From Octopus bimaculoides (taxonomy: Eukaryota): DNA of 64,000 bases. The translations under genes were made by a program, and so were the position numbers. Below the pieces are notes generated by a model. The model was given only the letters and a program-made list of their open reading frames with translations, was not told where the DNA came from and did no database searches. Numbering within the stretch: position 1 is the stretch's first letter; each line of letters starts with the position of its first letter. The stretch covers positions 106,770,460-106,834,459 of the forward strand of contig NC_068982.1 in assembly GCF_001194135.2 (NCBI RefSeq), given 5' to 3'. This document shows, piece after piece, positions 49,001-59,960 of the stretch.

Positions 49001-52000
49001 GTACACAATGATAACATGAATTTTGACAGAAATTTAGATGAAAGTACAAAAAGTATAGTATGGATGATCTCCCTACTATATTATTTTGATAACTGTGAAT
49101 AAGGGAAAATGGAGCACCTGATAAAATTTGAATGGAATACTGACCCTTTCATGACCATGTTTCTAATGAAATATATTGTTATTGTTTCAATAAATTTATA
49201 AGAACTTTGTAAAATAATTTACTTTTTCATCATTTAGATAGTTTGGAACATAACAAAAAGTTTTGAATTTAAATTACAAAGAAGCTCTTAGCTAAGAATA
49301 GGCCTTTGTACCTAACATTCGTCAGCCTAAGAAAGGCTTGGTACTATGCTCTGTAGTCTGATGGTTGCTAAGAAATCTTAATACAGAGGAACAACTTGTG
49401 AAAGCCATGGAAAGATGTCATCAAAAAGCTGAAAGTTAGTAATGAGTTCAACAAAGAATTTAACATACAGATTGATGTCCAGTAGCCATGTTGCTCAATT
49501 ACCATCTGTTTTTTTAGAGTTCTCTAGGCCATAACACAGGACTTTAAGACTATCTGTCCAGGAAAACTCCTGTATACCAATGACCAAGATCTCATACATG
49601 AATCTGTTGAATATTTAGAGAAGAAATTCCAAACATAGAAGTAAAGCCTAGAATCTAGATGATCAAAGTAAACCTAGCAAAGAAAAAGGTGTAAGCAGGG
49701 AAGAAGCTTGGATGCTACAACCAACAAGGAAATGGCATGCTCAAAATGTAGAATGTAAGAACTCTGTACTGTGCACCAAATGTAAACTATAGGTGACTGT
49801 AGGATCACAGGCAGATCAATAGAAAAGAAAGACTTTATATCAAATAGATGCACAGGAGTAGTTAGCAATAACTGCTTGTCAAATAAATTCTTTCAAATGT
49901 TCTGAAAGCTCTGTAGAAGTAACCAATAGTATGCATGATCTAGGTGACAGAATTAGCAAAAGAGGATGTGCTTAAAGCATAGTACTCGGAATAAGTATAG
50001 AGTGAAAAGTTAAGGGAGTTATTTGCTCTACAAGCAACAGAAAGGTTCTCTCGTCATGTGCAGTGCAGATTGTATGATGCTTGTATATAAAGTACAATGC
50101 AATATAATAGCAAACATGGGCACTAAATATTAAGGAAAGTTGGGAAAAACATGAAGCAAGTACAATACACAAGAATATAATGTTAGTTTGCATGAACAAC
50201 AGAGCACAAAAAAGTTGAGAGAAAATTAGGTACGAGAAAATTCAGATATAGTGTGCTTGAGGGAAGACATTATTGGTACAGATATGTGACGTGTATGTAG
50301 GATGACGGTCAAGTAATGAAGTATTAAGCAATTTGAGTGGAAGAAACATTCAGAAAAGGAAGGCCAAGGAAGACACAGAAAGAAGTGATAGAAATTGATT
50401 TCAAGGGGCTGGACCTCATAAAAGAGATGACAAAGGACAACATGGGGTGACATAGAGCTACGGAAGACCCAATGCAAACACAGAAAAGAAGGAGTAAAAT
50501 TGACGATATTGGTGGCAGTAGTAGTATTGGTGATGCGGTGGTGTTGGTGGTGAACTCACTTGAGATAAATGTTCTATACACTGCTGGAATTTTTCTTTAT
50601 TCTTTATCATCAAAATCTTTGGTCGTGGGTGTGGAAAATAATAGTATGGATGGGTGGAATCTTCAACTTCATCACTTTCTTCATCATCTGTACTCCATAA
50701 AAGATCATCTTCTGTGACTTGTAACGGTTCATTCCTGAAAAAGAAATTTCAGCTGTTTTAACAAATTAATTAATACAACCACATAAAACTTAATTATAGT
50801 TATTGTTGTTAAATAGTTGCAAACAATTGTGATCACTTAATTAATACATTAATCAATACTATATATCATTATCTACAAAAGAGAATTTTTCATAAAAAAA
50901 TGAATATTATGTTGAATGTAGTAACAATCTGAGAAATAGTTAAGTGGCTACTGAAGAATTATAAGCAATTAAAATCAGGCATATTGTTTCAATAAGAACT
51001 AAGTATTAATTTCTTTTCTTTCTACAATACAGGGTTTTCAGGCTAAATTTGATATTTGTTTTATGTCTCCTTTTTTCAGGAACAGCTTGATATATTGGTG
51101 AAGAGTCAACAGTGTTGGAGAGCATAAGGGATTAAAGTTGTAGTTGAGGAAAAGTTAGCTGACATGGAAGACTGGAAGTCGTCTGACTATTGGGAAAGAG
51201 TGACTTGTATCATGATGATTCATGCAAAGTATCAAAATCTCAACATCACAACAGCTACTTAATGCTCTGTGAACGCTGTAAAGACTGTAAAACATGACAA
51301 AGACTACAAAGTCATGGCCATTAAGAAAAATCATAGCAGGTGTTCTGACTGCATCGACATACCAGAATTCATCCCCACATCTTTGAACAACATTATAGGC
51401 TCAATTCAGATGGCTATGTAAAGCTGCTGGAGACAGTGGTCAATCCTTGGTTGGAGAGGGTTGCTGCTGGAAGGCTATATGTGTGGCAGCAGGATTCAGC
51501 TCTTTGTCATGCCCCCAGAAAAAGTCAGAAGTGGTTGTCAGAGAAATTCTACGACTTCACCAGCTCAAATTTCTGGCCTCCTGAATACCTCAATTGAAAA
51601 CCTATGGATTACTACGTGCAGAGCACAGTTGAGAAAAACACTAATCATTTTGTGTGCAACACCAAGGCTGAGGTGATGGCCAAGATCAAGAAGGTGCTTG
51701 AAGATACTTCCCAGGGACACTATGAGGAATGCATGCACCAACTTCCAGAGCCGTCTTGAGGCAATGGTGAAAGCTGGGGCGACTACTTTGCGTAAACTGT
51801 TATCTCCTAACCATAATCATCATTATCATCATTTAACACCCGCTTTCCATGCTGGCATGGGTTGGACAGTTTGACAAAAGACTGCACTAGGCTTCAGTGC
51901 TTGTTTTGGCATGGTTTTTACTGCTGGATGCCCTTCCCAACCCAGCCTCTTTACAGTGTGGACTGAGTGCTTTTTATGTGGCACCAGCAGAAGCAAGGTC

Positions 52001-55000
52001 AGTTTTGGCATGGTTTTTACAGCTGGATGCCCTTCCAGATGCCAACCTCTTTACAGTATGGACTGGATGCTTTTTACGTGGCACCAGCACTGACAGGGTC
52101 ACCAAGTAACTTGCAACACAAGAGGATATTGGTGGAAGTGATCTTGTGCCAGGTGATGAGAGGTTAGAGTGTGACAGAGAGGCAGAGACAGGTGTCTAGT
52201 TGTTATGTTTTGATTTTTTTAAATGTTTTATTTATGGATGGGATATTGCGTTTTTTTTTTTTAATGCAAATTATCAAATTTAGCCTGAAAACCCTGTAGG
52301 TATGACTGAAATTTGTTCAACTGGAATTTATTTCATCAACCCAGAAATGATGAAAGGCAAAGTCAACCTTGGGCAAAATTTGAACTCAGAATGTAAAACC
52401 AGAAGAAATGCCATCAAGCATTTTGCCCAGGCATGTGAATGATTTTGTCGGCTCAATGCCTTTAGGAACTTTGAAATAAAAGAAACCTACAAACAACGTT
52501 GTCGCTCTTGTTGTAAATCAATGGGCCAATCTTCATCATCAAGGTTGAAATCATTGGCAAATCTTGCAGCTTCTTCTATCATCCCTAGTAAACAAAGTTT
52601 CTGTACCACTTTTTTCTGTGTACTTATACAATCTGCAGAAATATACTTCAAGAGGAAAAAAAATAGCCAATTAAAATTAATAAAAGAAATAATCATCATG
52701 TTTTAATTATTTTACAGACTCAATATATTAACAAATTTTCATCTCAACTGCGAACATCAGTACTATTAGTGGTTTAGCATCCATTTTTCCCATGCTCGTG
52801 TGGGTCAGATGGAGTTTATTAAAGCAGATTTTTCTATGGAAGAATTCCTTTCCTGTTGCCAACCCTCACTTGTTTCCAAGCAAGAAAAATATTTCCCCAT
52901 AGCCAGACATGATTTTGCAGAATATTGAAAATGAATGACACGGCTTGTATGACAGTGATACTCATTTACAACTATCACATGATGTCAAGACAAGGAGATA
53001 TAAACATACACACTCTCACACACGGGTATGTGTATGTGATTTAGTATGTGTATGCATACATATATACAATGGGCTTCTTTCAGTTTCTGTCTATCAAATC
53101 CACTTACAAAGCTTTTCTACAATAGTAGGAAACACTTGCCCAAGATGCCATGCAGTGGGGACTGAACTTGAAATCATGTGGTTGAGAAGCAAACTTTTTA
53201 AAATACATCTAAAACAATGCTAAAATATCATGCATCAATATCATGTTTCTTTCTAATGTATGCACAATTACCCATTTTCTGTATGGAAACATACTTGACA
53301 CAAAACTTACTAAACTAAATATTTCTCCATTGCTAAAAATAAAAGTTATTTAATAATCTCAATCTTGTACAAGTTTAACTTATTCACAACATAAAAAATA
53401 ATGAAAAATTGAAAACTTACCACAATCAAATCTCTCCAGTTGCAATAACTTGTTACCTAGAATTGAAATAATAAAATTCACTTAGTAAATTAGAAGAATA
53501 CAAATTAATAAAATTGTTTCACATGACTTCAGGAAAAGTTGTTCAGCTGGATAATTCTTTCAGCTATTTTTACTTCAAATTAAAGAAAAGAAATCATTTG
53601 GAAAAAACTGTAAAGAAAAAAATAATTTACAACACCAAGTTAATAAAGCAAAAATAAAATTTTGAAATTACCTTTTTAATATATAAATGTGAAACGTATG
53701 AAATGAAGCCCATTCTGTGTGATAATAACAAGTTGGGACAAATTCCTAGAAAAATAATTAAAATGACTTTAGTACCCAGTCTTAATATCCACCTCATCTT
53801 AGGAGGTGCTATTAACACTAAAATAGGAGATAAGTTAAATTTAACACATTAATTTAGCTATGATTAGGTAGAAGTCAGATGATCTGATAGGTGCAGAAAT
53901 GGTGATGGTTTGGTAATGACTGGGTTTAGAAGTGAGAAAGGAACCATAGATGAGAAAGGGGATGTTAGCAGTTATTGGTAGAGTGTGAGAGAGTTGAACT
54001 TAACAAAGAATTCGTTCTACACTTACAACACTGGTATGGGAGTTTGACAGCCAAGAAGGGTTGTGATTACTGAAATCACCAAGGGGGATGATGTAAGACA
54101 GAAGACTTCAAGGCAGGAGTGAAAGGTTTTACAGTTGCTGAGGAGTTCAAAGAGTGGCAGTGACAGCAGATGAATTCATAAGAGTAACTAGAAGTCCTTC
54201 TTATAGATTTCCAGGTGGGAAAGGTGAATGAAGGGTAGAGTAGACAGCACCTTTCAGAAATTAGACTACAGTGAATAACCTGGGAAAAAGAGACAGACTA
54301 AAGAAAAAGAGTGAGTGGTTTATGTCACAGGGAGGAACAAAGTTTGTAGTTTTTGTGTTAGTAAAAAGTGATGTGTGGGATCCAGATTGGACTGAAGTTC
54401 ATGAATGTTCATAGACAAGAAAGGGGAATAGTCCAGAAGATTAGATGATTGTGAAAGGTACTTGTGGCTAAAAAGGACCATAAGAGATAGGGAAAGAAGT
54501 GGTACAAGCAAACTAGAAAGTGTTTATGCTTCAGACAAAAAAATACAAGTTAAAGATGAATTGATATACAGTCTAATACAGAACAGTCTAACTTAGCCAG
54601 CATGTAAAAATGAATGTTAAAATACATATGATTATAACAATGATGTGATGATGATTTTAAATTATAGCTGGTAATTTTATTAAGTAGAAACTGAAATATA
54701 AGGTAGCTAACTCACCTTTAGGAAATTCATACAGTTTCACAATCTTACCCAACCACTTTTTAACAATATTTCGAGAAAGTCTACCATGGAAATGTGAGTG
54801 TCTCCTACAAATAAATAAGCATTCAACCTTGTTAGTGATTGTGAAGAAAAAAAAAAAGAGAAAATATCTCTGACTAAAAAGATGAAAACTGGTTATGGTA
54901 TATTCAAAAATACATGTACAATGTTCTTAACAAACATATCATACTGTTTACAAACAATTGTGTTTCCTAATCTACTAAACAAATTGTTTTCCAAACAATT

Positions 55001-58000
55001 AAAATATTTTAGAATCAGTTTACAGTAAAAAAAAAATCCCAGATAAATGCCCACAGCTGAAGTACAAAACTATTTGAGTTGTACTATTTAAACCTTGTTT
55101 ATATGACTTTAAGGATGCTAAAATAATAGATGAAATGGAAATGAAAGTCTTGCATTAAATACTCTCCCTACATATGAATAACATACAGCTGAAACCTTCA
55201 AACTAACAACCAACAGTAAGTCCCCAATATATATATTCTCATGGCAACCTCATATATATTTCATTACCAAAACTACATCACAAAAGTTAGGATTACTCAG
55301 ATCCTTTACAAAAATCTAGAGCACTGCAGAGAGTGCTACTGCTAATATACAAACACCCTAAACTATCAGTTTCATGTGTTAGTCAATGGCAACCATCAGC
55401 TCTGGTTTCCCCTGATATAAATCTATGATAAGAGATTTTACTGCTCTGAACAAGTAAACTGTGTAAATTTGAGTGTGGTTAATGCCAGTACCGCCTGACA
55501 GTAGCACATAAAAAGCACCCACTACACTCTCAGAGTGGTTGGCATTAGGAAGGGCATCCAGCTGCAGAAACTTTGCCAGATCAGATTGGAACCTGTAGCA
55601 GCCTTCCGGCTTACCAGCCCTCAGTTAAACCGTCCAACTAATGCCAGGATGGAAAGCGGACGTTAAATGACAATGATGATGATGATGATGAATCTAAGCT
55701 TTATTGTACTCCTTCACTGTTCCAATGAAAAGTTAAAATTTTAGTTGAACACATTCACAAACACAAATACGAGAATCTTTTCCAAATCTTAAAAACAAAA
55801 ATAAAGATACTAATCTGACTACTTTAAGCAAAAGAGATTCCAACTGCAAAAGGGTGCAGCATTGTAATTTAGACAATATTACCATCTCGATATCAAATAA
55901 CCCCATAACCAAAGTTATACCAAATTATAATTATACAACTAATTATTAATACTTACTAAACCTAGATTCTTTTAAAACCATATTTTCATCATCATCATCA
56001 TCATCATCGTTTAACATCTACTTTCCATGCTAGCATGGATTGGACGATTTGACTGAGGACTGGTGGAACCGGATGGCAACACCAGGCTCCAATCTGATTT
56101 GGCAGAGTTTCTACACAGCTGGATGCTCTTCCTAATGCCAACCACTCAGAGAGTGTAGTGGGTGCTTTTACATGCCACTGGCACGAAGGCCAGTCAGGCG
56201 GTACTGGCAACAGCCACGCTCGAAATGGTGTATTTTACGTGCCACCCGCACAGGAGCCAGTCCAGCGGAACTGGCAACAAACTCGCTCGAATGTCTTTTC
56301 ACGTGCCACTGGCACAAGTGCCAGGAAGGCGACGTTGGTAACGGTCACGCTCAAATGGTGCTCTTTACGTGCCACCGGCACGAAAGCCAGACAGCTGGTG
56401 CTCTGGCAATGATCACGCTCGGATGGTGCTCTTAGTGATTTACTGGTACTGGTGCCATCACGATTTTCTAATCAAAAAATAAATATTTGGTATCATATGT
56501 TTGTGTATATTGTTTGTATCTGTATGAGTGAATAAATATATATATATAAAATATATGAAGGTTCATTACCTGAGAACATCAGCTTCAAAGTCTTCATCAA
56601 GCATGTTGTCAAAGAATCGAACAACATTTTCTCTGTTTGATACATCTTCCTCCATAAACTTACAAAATTTTCCCCACATGTTTTTCAGTATAAAATTCAA
56701 ACATTTCTGGATAAAAGTATATAAAATAACATAACTGAGATTAACAAAGTAGCTAAATCAGATTTATAATAAAACTAAAACACAATTACATCAATTTAAT
56801 GAAGCAAAAATAAAGTAACATTCATTGCCAAAGACCACAACATGATGGTTATCAATAAATGAATCTATATACATAAACCAGTAACAGAAAACTCAAAGAG
56901 TATAAAAAGCAGGATAGCCTGATTAAATGTAAGTATAGGGAGGCTAAAAAGACCTGGATGAATGAACAGTGTGAAGAAATTGAAAGGCTATTCCCAGTAG
57001 GATACAAGGTGCATCAGAAGATAAATGAGATCTCTGGGAGAAAGTCAGGATGCACAAAATCTGGATGTATCAGTAACTTTGCCTAGTTTTCTTGACTCTA
57101 ATGAGGGTCCAAAGATCCTGCCATCAAAGCTGCTGGGCCAGATGCAATTGTCATTGGTTTCACATTTTGGCACAAGGCCAGTAATTTCAGGGGAGGAGGT
57201 AAATTGATTACATCAGCCCCAGTACTCAACTGGTACTTTACAAAGGTCACCCATGTCCACAATGTAGGGCATGGCATTAAAGAGAGAGAGAGAGAGAGAG
57301 AGAGATATTAAAAAAAGCAATCTTGATTAACAACATCATCAATCCAACAATCATCATTATCCAAGAAAAGAAAACATCTCAGTATTTAGTCAGAAAAATC
57401 ATTTGTAAAAGTGCTCATTATATGTTTCAAACAGACTGCAGACCCCAATATCCATTTAGAAATCTTAGATTTCATAAAAACTGAAAACCTATCTCTTCAC
57501 TAGTTGCGGACATTATTTTCTGAATCTGAACTAAATAGCTGTATGATTTGTCCATTACAGCAGCTAAATTTGCCTCATAAATTTTCTTTTGCATTTAAAA
57601 TAGAGATTAGCCTTACAAGATACAAAACAATATCAATTATATTGGTACCATGATAAAATGCACCCAGTGTACTCTATAAAGTTGTGGGTGAATGAGTGAA
57701 GACCTTTTAGTTTTATCAAAGACATGATGTTTCTATTGTTGGTGATAGGAAAGACATCCAGTCATAGAAACAACCCATCTAGAAGAGCAGTAATTTTGAA
57801 TATGAAGTGATTTGGCTCCTGAGAGCTGGCCAACCCATGTCAATGAGGAAAATATGAGGTCCGATCAATAAGTATCCGGACTGTTGCCATAATAATGAAG
57901 CTAAAGCATGCAGAGTGAAGCCACTTGGCACAGATTGACCTTCACCTCTGCTGTGCATACACACTAAGTTTTAATGTTCTAGCTCACTTCCCCTATTTAC

Positions 58001-58934
58001 AGCAGTGCTTGGAAGTAACGTGATTTTTGCATTGACCATCACAGAAAAAGTTGTCATGATGATACCTGCTCAGAGGCCTACACAAAGTTGCAGAAAGTGT
58101 ATGGAGAGGAGTGTATGAGTGACACACAAGTGTATGAATGGTTCAGACATTTCCAAGATGGCCGAAAAAAATGTCAAAAGTGATGAACGTTCTGGGAGAC
58201 CTGCAACCAGCAGAACTGAGAAAAACATTGCAGATGTGCATGCAGCTGTGAGAGGAAATTGTTGAATCACCATCTGTGAGTTATCAGGGGCTGTGTAGAT
58301 TAGCTACAGTTCAGTTCAGTCCAATATCACTGAAGATTTGGGTATGAGATGCACGTCTGCCATGTTTGTAGCAAAACTGCTTTCAGCTGACCAAAAAGAC
58401 ACTCAGGTTTCAGCTGCACAAGATCTCTCTGATTGTGTCGAAAACAATGAAAATCTTTTGGAAACTTTGCATAGGCCTCTGTTCAACTTTCTCCGTCATG
58501 GTCAATGCGATGATCACATTACACACATTACTTCCAAGCACTGCTGTAAATAGCAGAAGAGAACTAGAACGTTAAAACTTAGTGCACATGCACAGCAGAG
58601 TTCAAGGTCAATCTGTGCCCAGTGGCTTCACTTTTTGTGCTTTAGCTTCGTTACTGTGGCAACAGTCCGGATACTTATTGATCAGATCATGTATATGTAA
58701 AATGACAATGACAATGATGATGATGATGGGGGGAGCTGAATGGAGGATGGCGATGATGATGATGATGATAACAACACCAACAACAATGACTATATATATA
58801 TTTTAAATAATAATTTTTGAGATAGTATTTAACAATAGACAAAAATATAATCAAATGCTTACTTCTTCAAGACTACTTGGTAACAAAGACGTTTCTTCCT
58901 GATGTGTTGGCTTTTCATTGACTTCAGCAGCCAT
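25362..58934 (-). CDS. EXD3: Exonuclease mut-7 homolog (EXD3/Nibbler family), spliced, 16 coding exons, ~713 aa
   Basis: Exons 58863-58934, 56570-56706, 54716-54804, 53672-53745, 53421-53456, 52491-52645, 50560-50734, 48723-48790, 46097-46233, 44899-45002, 42355-42484, 40201-40337, 34018-34236, 30350-30403, 28131-28259 and 25362-25787 are phase-compatible throughout. DEDDy motifs are ExoI GVDLEW, ExoII KLGYSFTQD and ExoIII YAALDAY (with SCWERRPL before it). The Mut7-C domain has [18 protein letters not shown] and [14 protein letters not shown]. The start codon is the least certain part. Confidence 0.93.
25985..26093. repeat. Long (TA)n microsatellite
   Basis: Direct reading. Confidence 0.97.
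26525..26700 (+). mobile_element. Tc1/mariner-type transposase N-terminal relic (DUF4817-like HTH)
   Basis: [34 protein letters not shown], then a frameshift to RMVQMLVKK; resembles the MxSxExRVxIVExYxxTGS...PSKxTIxxLVKKF pattern as I recall it. Confidence 0.55.
26779..26870. repeat. (GA)n microsatellite
   Basis: Direct reading; a shorter (GA)n lies at ~57281-57305. Confidence 0.97.
27264..27476 (+). mobile_element. Full-length tRNA-derived SINE with 18-bp TSD
   Basis: A-box-like tggcagagtc, B-box gttcaaattcc, core gactttgcctttcatcctttt; TSD attattactaggagaaag at 27246-27263 and 27477-27494. Related copies at ~23915-24060, 29270-29460, 52290-52460 and 63750-63860. Confidence 0.88.
28131..28259 (-). 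CDS. EXD3: EXD3 coding exon 15 (129 nt)
   Basis: tag/gtaaac; [43 protein letters not shown]. Confidence 0.94.
30350..30403 (-). CDS. EXD3: EXD3 coding exon 14 (54 nt; GC donor)
   Basis: cag acceptor; [18 protein letters not shown]; followed by gcaagt. Confidence 0.9.
34018..34236 (-). CDS. EXD3: EXD3 coding exon 13 (219 nt; start of Mut7-C)
   Basis: cag/gtaagt; ...[42 protein letters not shown]. Confidence 0.94.
37620..39800 (+). mobile_element. Degenerate near-full-length RTE LINE (APE endonuclease plus RT)
   Basis: [28 protein letters not shown]...GILLAEK (APE motif I/II); later GFVPD and LYTDDLVL (YADD-like, ~39550); many stops and frameshifts. Confidence 0.88.
40201..40337 (-). CDS. 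EXD3: EXD3 coding exon 12 (137 nt; ExoIII Asp)
   Basis: cag/gtaact; [46 protein letters not shown]. Confidence 0.92.
41934..42036 (+). mobile_element. Short, young RTE 3'-end copy
   Basis: ctgccaaatcagattggagcc...gcggacgttaaacgatgatg; 3 substitutions and 1 indel versus the reverse complement of 45551-45649. Confidence 0.9.
42355..42484 (-). CDS. EXD3: EXD3 coding exon 11 (130 nt; acceptor uncertain)
   Basis: gtgaag acceptor (the only AG after the pyrimidine tract), donor gtatgt; [39 protein letters not shown]. Confidence 0.88.
44400..44514 (-). mobile_element. Representative of a second tRNA-type SINE family (ggctgtgtggtaagaagcttgcttccc...cttgggcaagtgtcttctactatagcc)
   Basis: Recognisable copies also at ~7170-7330, 15645-15800, 16330-16490, 32430-32580, 33355-33550, 40770-40935, 43530-43720 and 53060-53200. 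Confidence 0.75.
44899..45002 (-). CDS. EXD3: EXD3 coding exon 10 (104 nt; ExoII motif)
   Basis: cag/gtatta; [35 protein letters not shown]. Confidence 0.93.
45543..45937 (-). mobile_element. Young RTE 3'-end copy with ~114-bp internal tandem duplication
   Basis: gaaggccagtcagg...gagccagtcca block repeated at ~45728 and ~45842. Confidence 0.9.
46097..46233 (-). CDS. EXD3: EXD3 coding exon 9 (137 nt)
   Basis: tag/gtaggt; [45 protein letters not shown]. Confidence 0.94.
46762..47030 (-). mobile_element. RTE 3'-end copy
   Basis: catcat tail; tttctacagctggatgcccttcc core; about one 65-bp unit. Confidence 0.85.
47839..48040. mobile_element. piggyBac-like MITE fragment
   Basis: TTAA|ccctttag end at 47835-47846; a matching end in reverse at ~6700-6744; the right end appears lost at the RTE copy 48047-48425. 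Confidence 0.5.
48047..48425 (-). mobile_element. Older RTE 3'-end copy
   Basis: catcat tail; ggatacccttcctaacacc core; ORF-terminal block at ~48270-48370. Confidence 0.8.
48723..48790 (-). CDS. EXD3: EXD3 coding exon 8 (68 nt; ExoI motif)
   Basis: cag/gtaaga; [22 protein letters not shown]. Confidence 0.95.
49900..50500 (+). mobile_element. Old RTE LINE C-terminal fragment
   Basis: GRPRKT..EVIE.DFKGLDL.KEMTKD at ~50360-50440, followed by a degenerate tail; left limit approximate. Confidence 0.6.
50560..50734 (-). CDS. EXD3: EXD3 coding exon 7 (175 nt)
   Basis: cag/gtgagt; acidic linker, then [30 protein letters not shown]. Confidence 0.88.
51100..51800 (+). mobile_element. Tc1/mariner DD37D (maT-type) transposase relic
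   Basis: [37 protein letters not shown]...WPPEYLN*KPMDYYV; Asp codons at 51493 and 51607 are separated by 37 codons. Confidence 0.85.
51815..52200 (-). mobile_element. RTE-type 3'-end copy with internal tandem duplication
   Basis: catcat tail; ttttggcatggtttttac.gctggatgcccttcc...ctctttacagt.tggact block present twice (~51905 and ~52005). Confidence 0.8.
52491..52645 (-). CDS. EXD3: EXD3 coding exon 6 (155 nt)
   Basis: aag acceptor is required by phase 0; donor gtaggt; [51 protein letters not shown]. Confidence 0.8.
53421..53456 (-). CDS. EXD3: EXD3 coding exon 5 (36 nt)
   Basis: tag/gtaagt; [12 protein letters not shown] (compare human ENWTDHVQ). Confidence 0.82.
53672..53745 (-). CDS. 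EXD3: EXD3 coding exon 4 (74 nt)
   Basis: tag/gtaatt; [25 protein letters not shown] (compare human LCPN...RHLCHKRFVE). Confidence 0.85.
53880..54520 (-). mobile_element. Possible old CR1/L2-like relic
   Basis: Purine-rich composition like 10780-11300; only weak peptide similarity. Confidence 0.3.
54716..54804 (-). CDS. EXD3: EXD3 coding exon 3 (89 nt)
   Basis: tag/gtgagt, phase 2->1; [29 protein letters not shown]. Confidence 0.82.
55478..55690 (+). mobile_element. RTE 3'-end copy
   Basis: ggcattaggaagggcatccagctg...gcggacgttaaatgacaatgatgatg. Confidence 0.85.
55987..56465 (-). mobile_element. RTE 3'-end copy with ~4.5 x 65-bp units
   Basis: (CAT)n tail at ~55987-56008; units from ~56171 to ~56460. 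Confidence 0.88.
56570..56706 (-). CDS. EXD3: EXD3 coding exon 2 (137 nt)
   Basis: cag/gtaatg; [46 protein letters not shown]. Confidence 0.82.
57855..58691 (+). mobile_element. Mariner deletion derivative with ~190-bp TIRs and TA TSD
   Basis: TIRs 57855-58039 and 58498-58691 flanked by TA. The internal frame reads [38 protein letters not shown]...[15 protein letters not shown] (HTH plus linker) and has no catalytic DDD region. Confidence 0.92.
58863..58934 (-). CDS. EXD3: EXD3 probable first coding exon (exon acceptor at 58954)
   Basis: ttttcag acceptor, aaaATGG context, [24 protein letters not shown], donor gtaagc; phase 0 matches the next exon. Confidence 0.7.
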
Positions 58935-59454
58935 TTTATGGGAAGAATAAAAATCTGAAAACAATAATAATTTAGTCTGAGCTAAAGGAATAAGAATTCT
59001 TGAAACATTACTTGAATCAATGATGCATTAGTATCTTAACACTTCACTCATTATATCTCAAGTGAAGTTTTGAATTATATTTAATGTGATTCAAAATTCC
59101 ACTTGACATTGACCAATTAGTATTTCTCCAATAAACAGGACCTTCCTGGTGAAGTTAATAAGATTGATAATAAAGGATTTCAGTTCCTGTTGGTTGATGT
59201 GTGTGATAAATAAATTTAAGCTGAGATAAATTTCAGAGGAGTGCAGTACTGGGTAAAAAGGATTGAATAAATGTTTAGTGAAGGGCATGAGAGCAGTAGA
59301 GACATGGTGTGCATATCAGGAGATTCAGAGTAGCAGGAAGAAGAAAATGGGAGAGAAAGAATGGAAATAATGTATTTGTGAACTGGGGAGTGAACCCTTG
59401 CCAATCAGCGAGATGAGCTTTTTTGACAAGTATTTATGATACTTATATGTTTAA

Positions 59455-59960
59455 AGAGTCTGGCACTCAGCTTAACAGCAACTGCCTGTGATTTGGCATG
59501 TCCCTGAGGCTTTGCATCCAGTCATGTCATCATAGTGCTGGCCATGTTCCACACCATGCCACCCTTAACAAGATTATAATAAAGCATGGCCTGGATGCTG
59601 CAGGCTTCCCTTCCCAGCTTAAGCCAGTGGGGCTAGACTGAGGGAATGGTAAAAGGCCAGATGGTATGACAATTTTCCCATTCCATGATGGCAGGCCCCT
59701 CATCTGGGATATCACATTCTGTGACACCTTCTCCAGCAGCAACTTGGTGTAGTCAGATACCAGCCCAGGCTCTGCTGCTCATCAGGCTACCTAAGTATCA
59801 GTCGCTCTCCAACTGGTTTATAACCGAGCCTGTGGCAATGATGACCTCCAGCTTCCCCTGCTCAGTGCTATCAGGATGGAGTGGCTGTTTCAGCGCATCT
59901 CTCTTGCCATCATCTGGGGCAAATCCTTTTCCATTTTCTACGGGGCTCACACTTGTTTAG
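59455..59960 (+). mobile_element. RLE-type (CRE-clade-like) non-LTR retrotransposon C-terminal relic
   Basis: SCHHSAGHVPHHATLNKII...LD*GNGKRPDGMTIFPFHDGRPLIWDITFCDTF...KYQSL...EPVA...EWLFQRISLAII: zinc-knuckle remnant plus an RPD..D restriction-like endonuclease. Confidence 0.82.

Noticed and set aside
56171-56460. Regular ~65-bp repeats resembling a CRISPR array
   Set aside because: The units are contiguous and degenerate with no unique spacers, there are no cas genes, the context is eukaryotic, and they lie inside LINE 3'UTRs.
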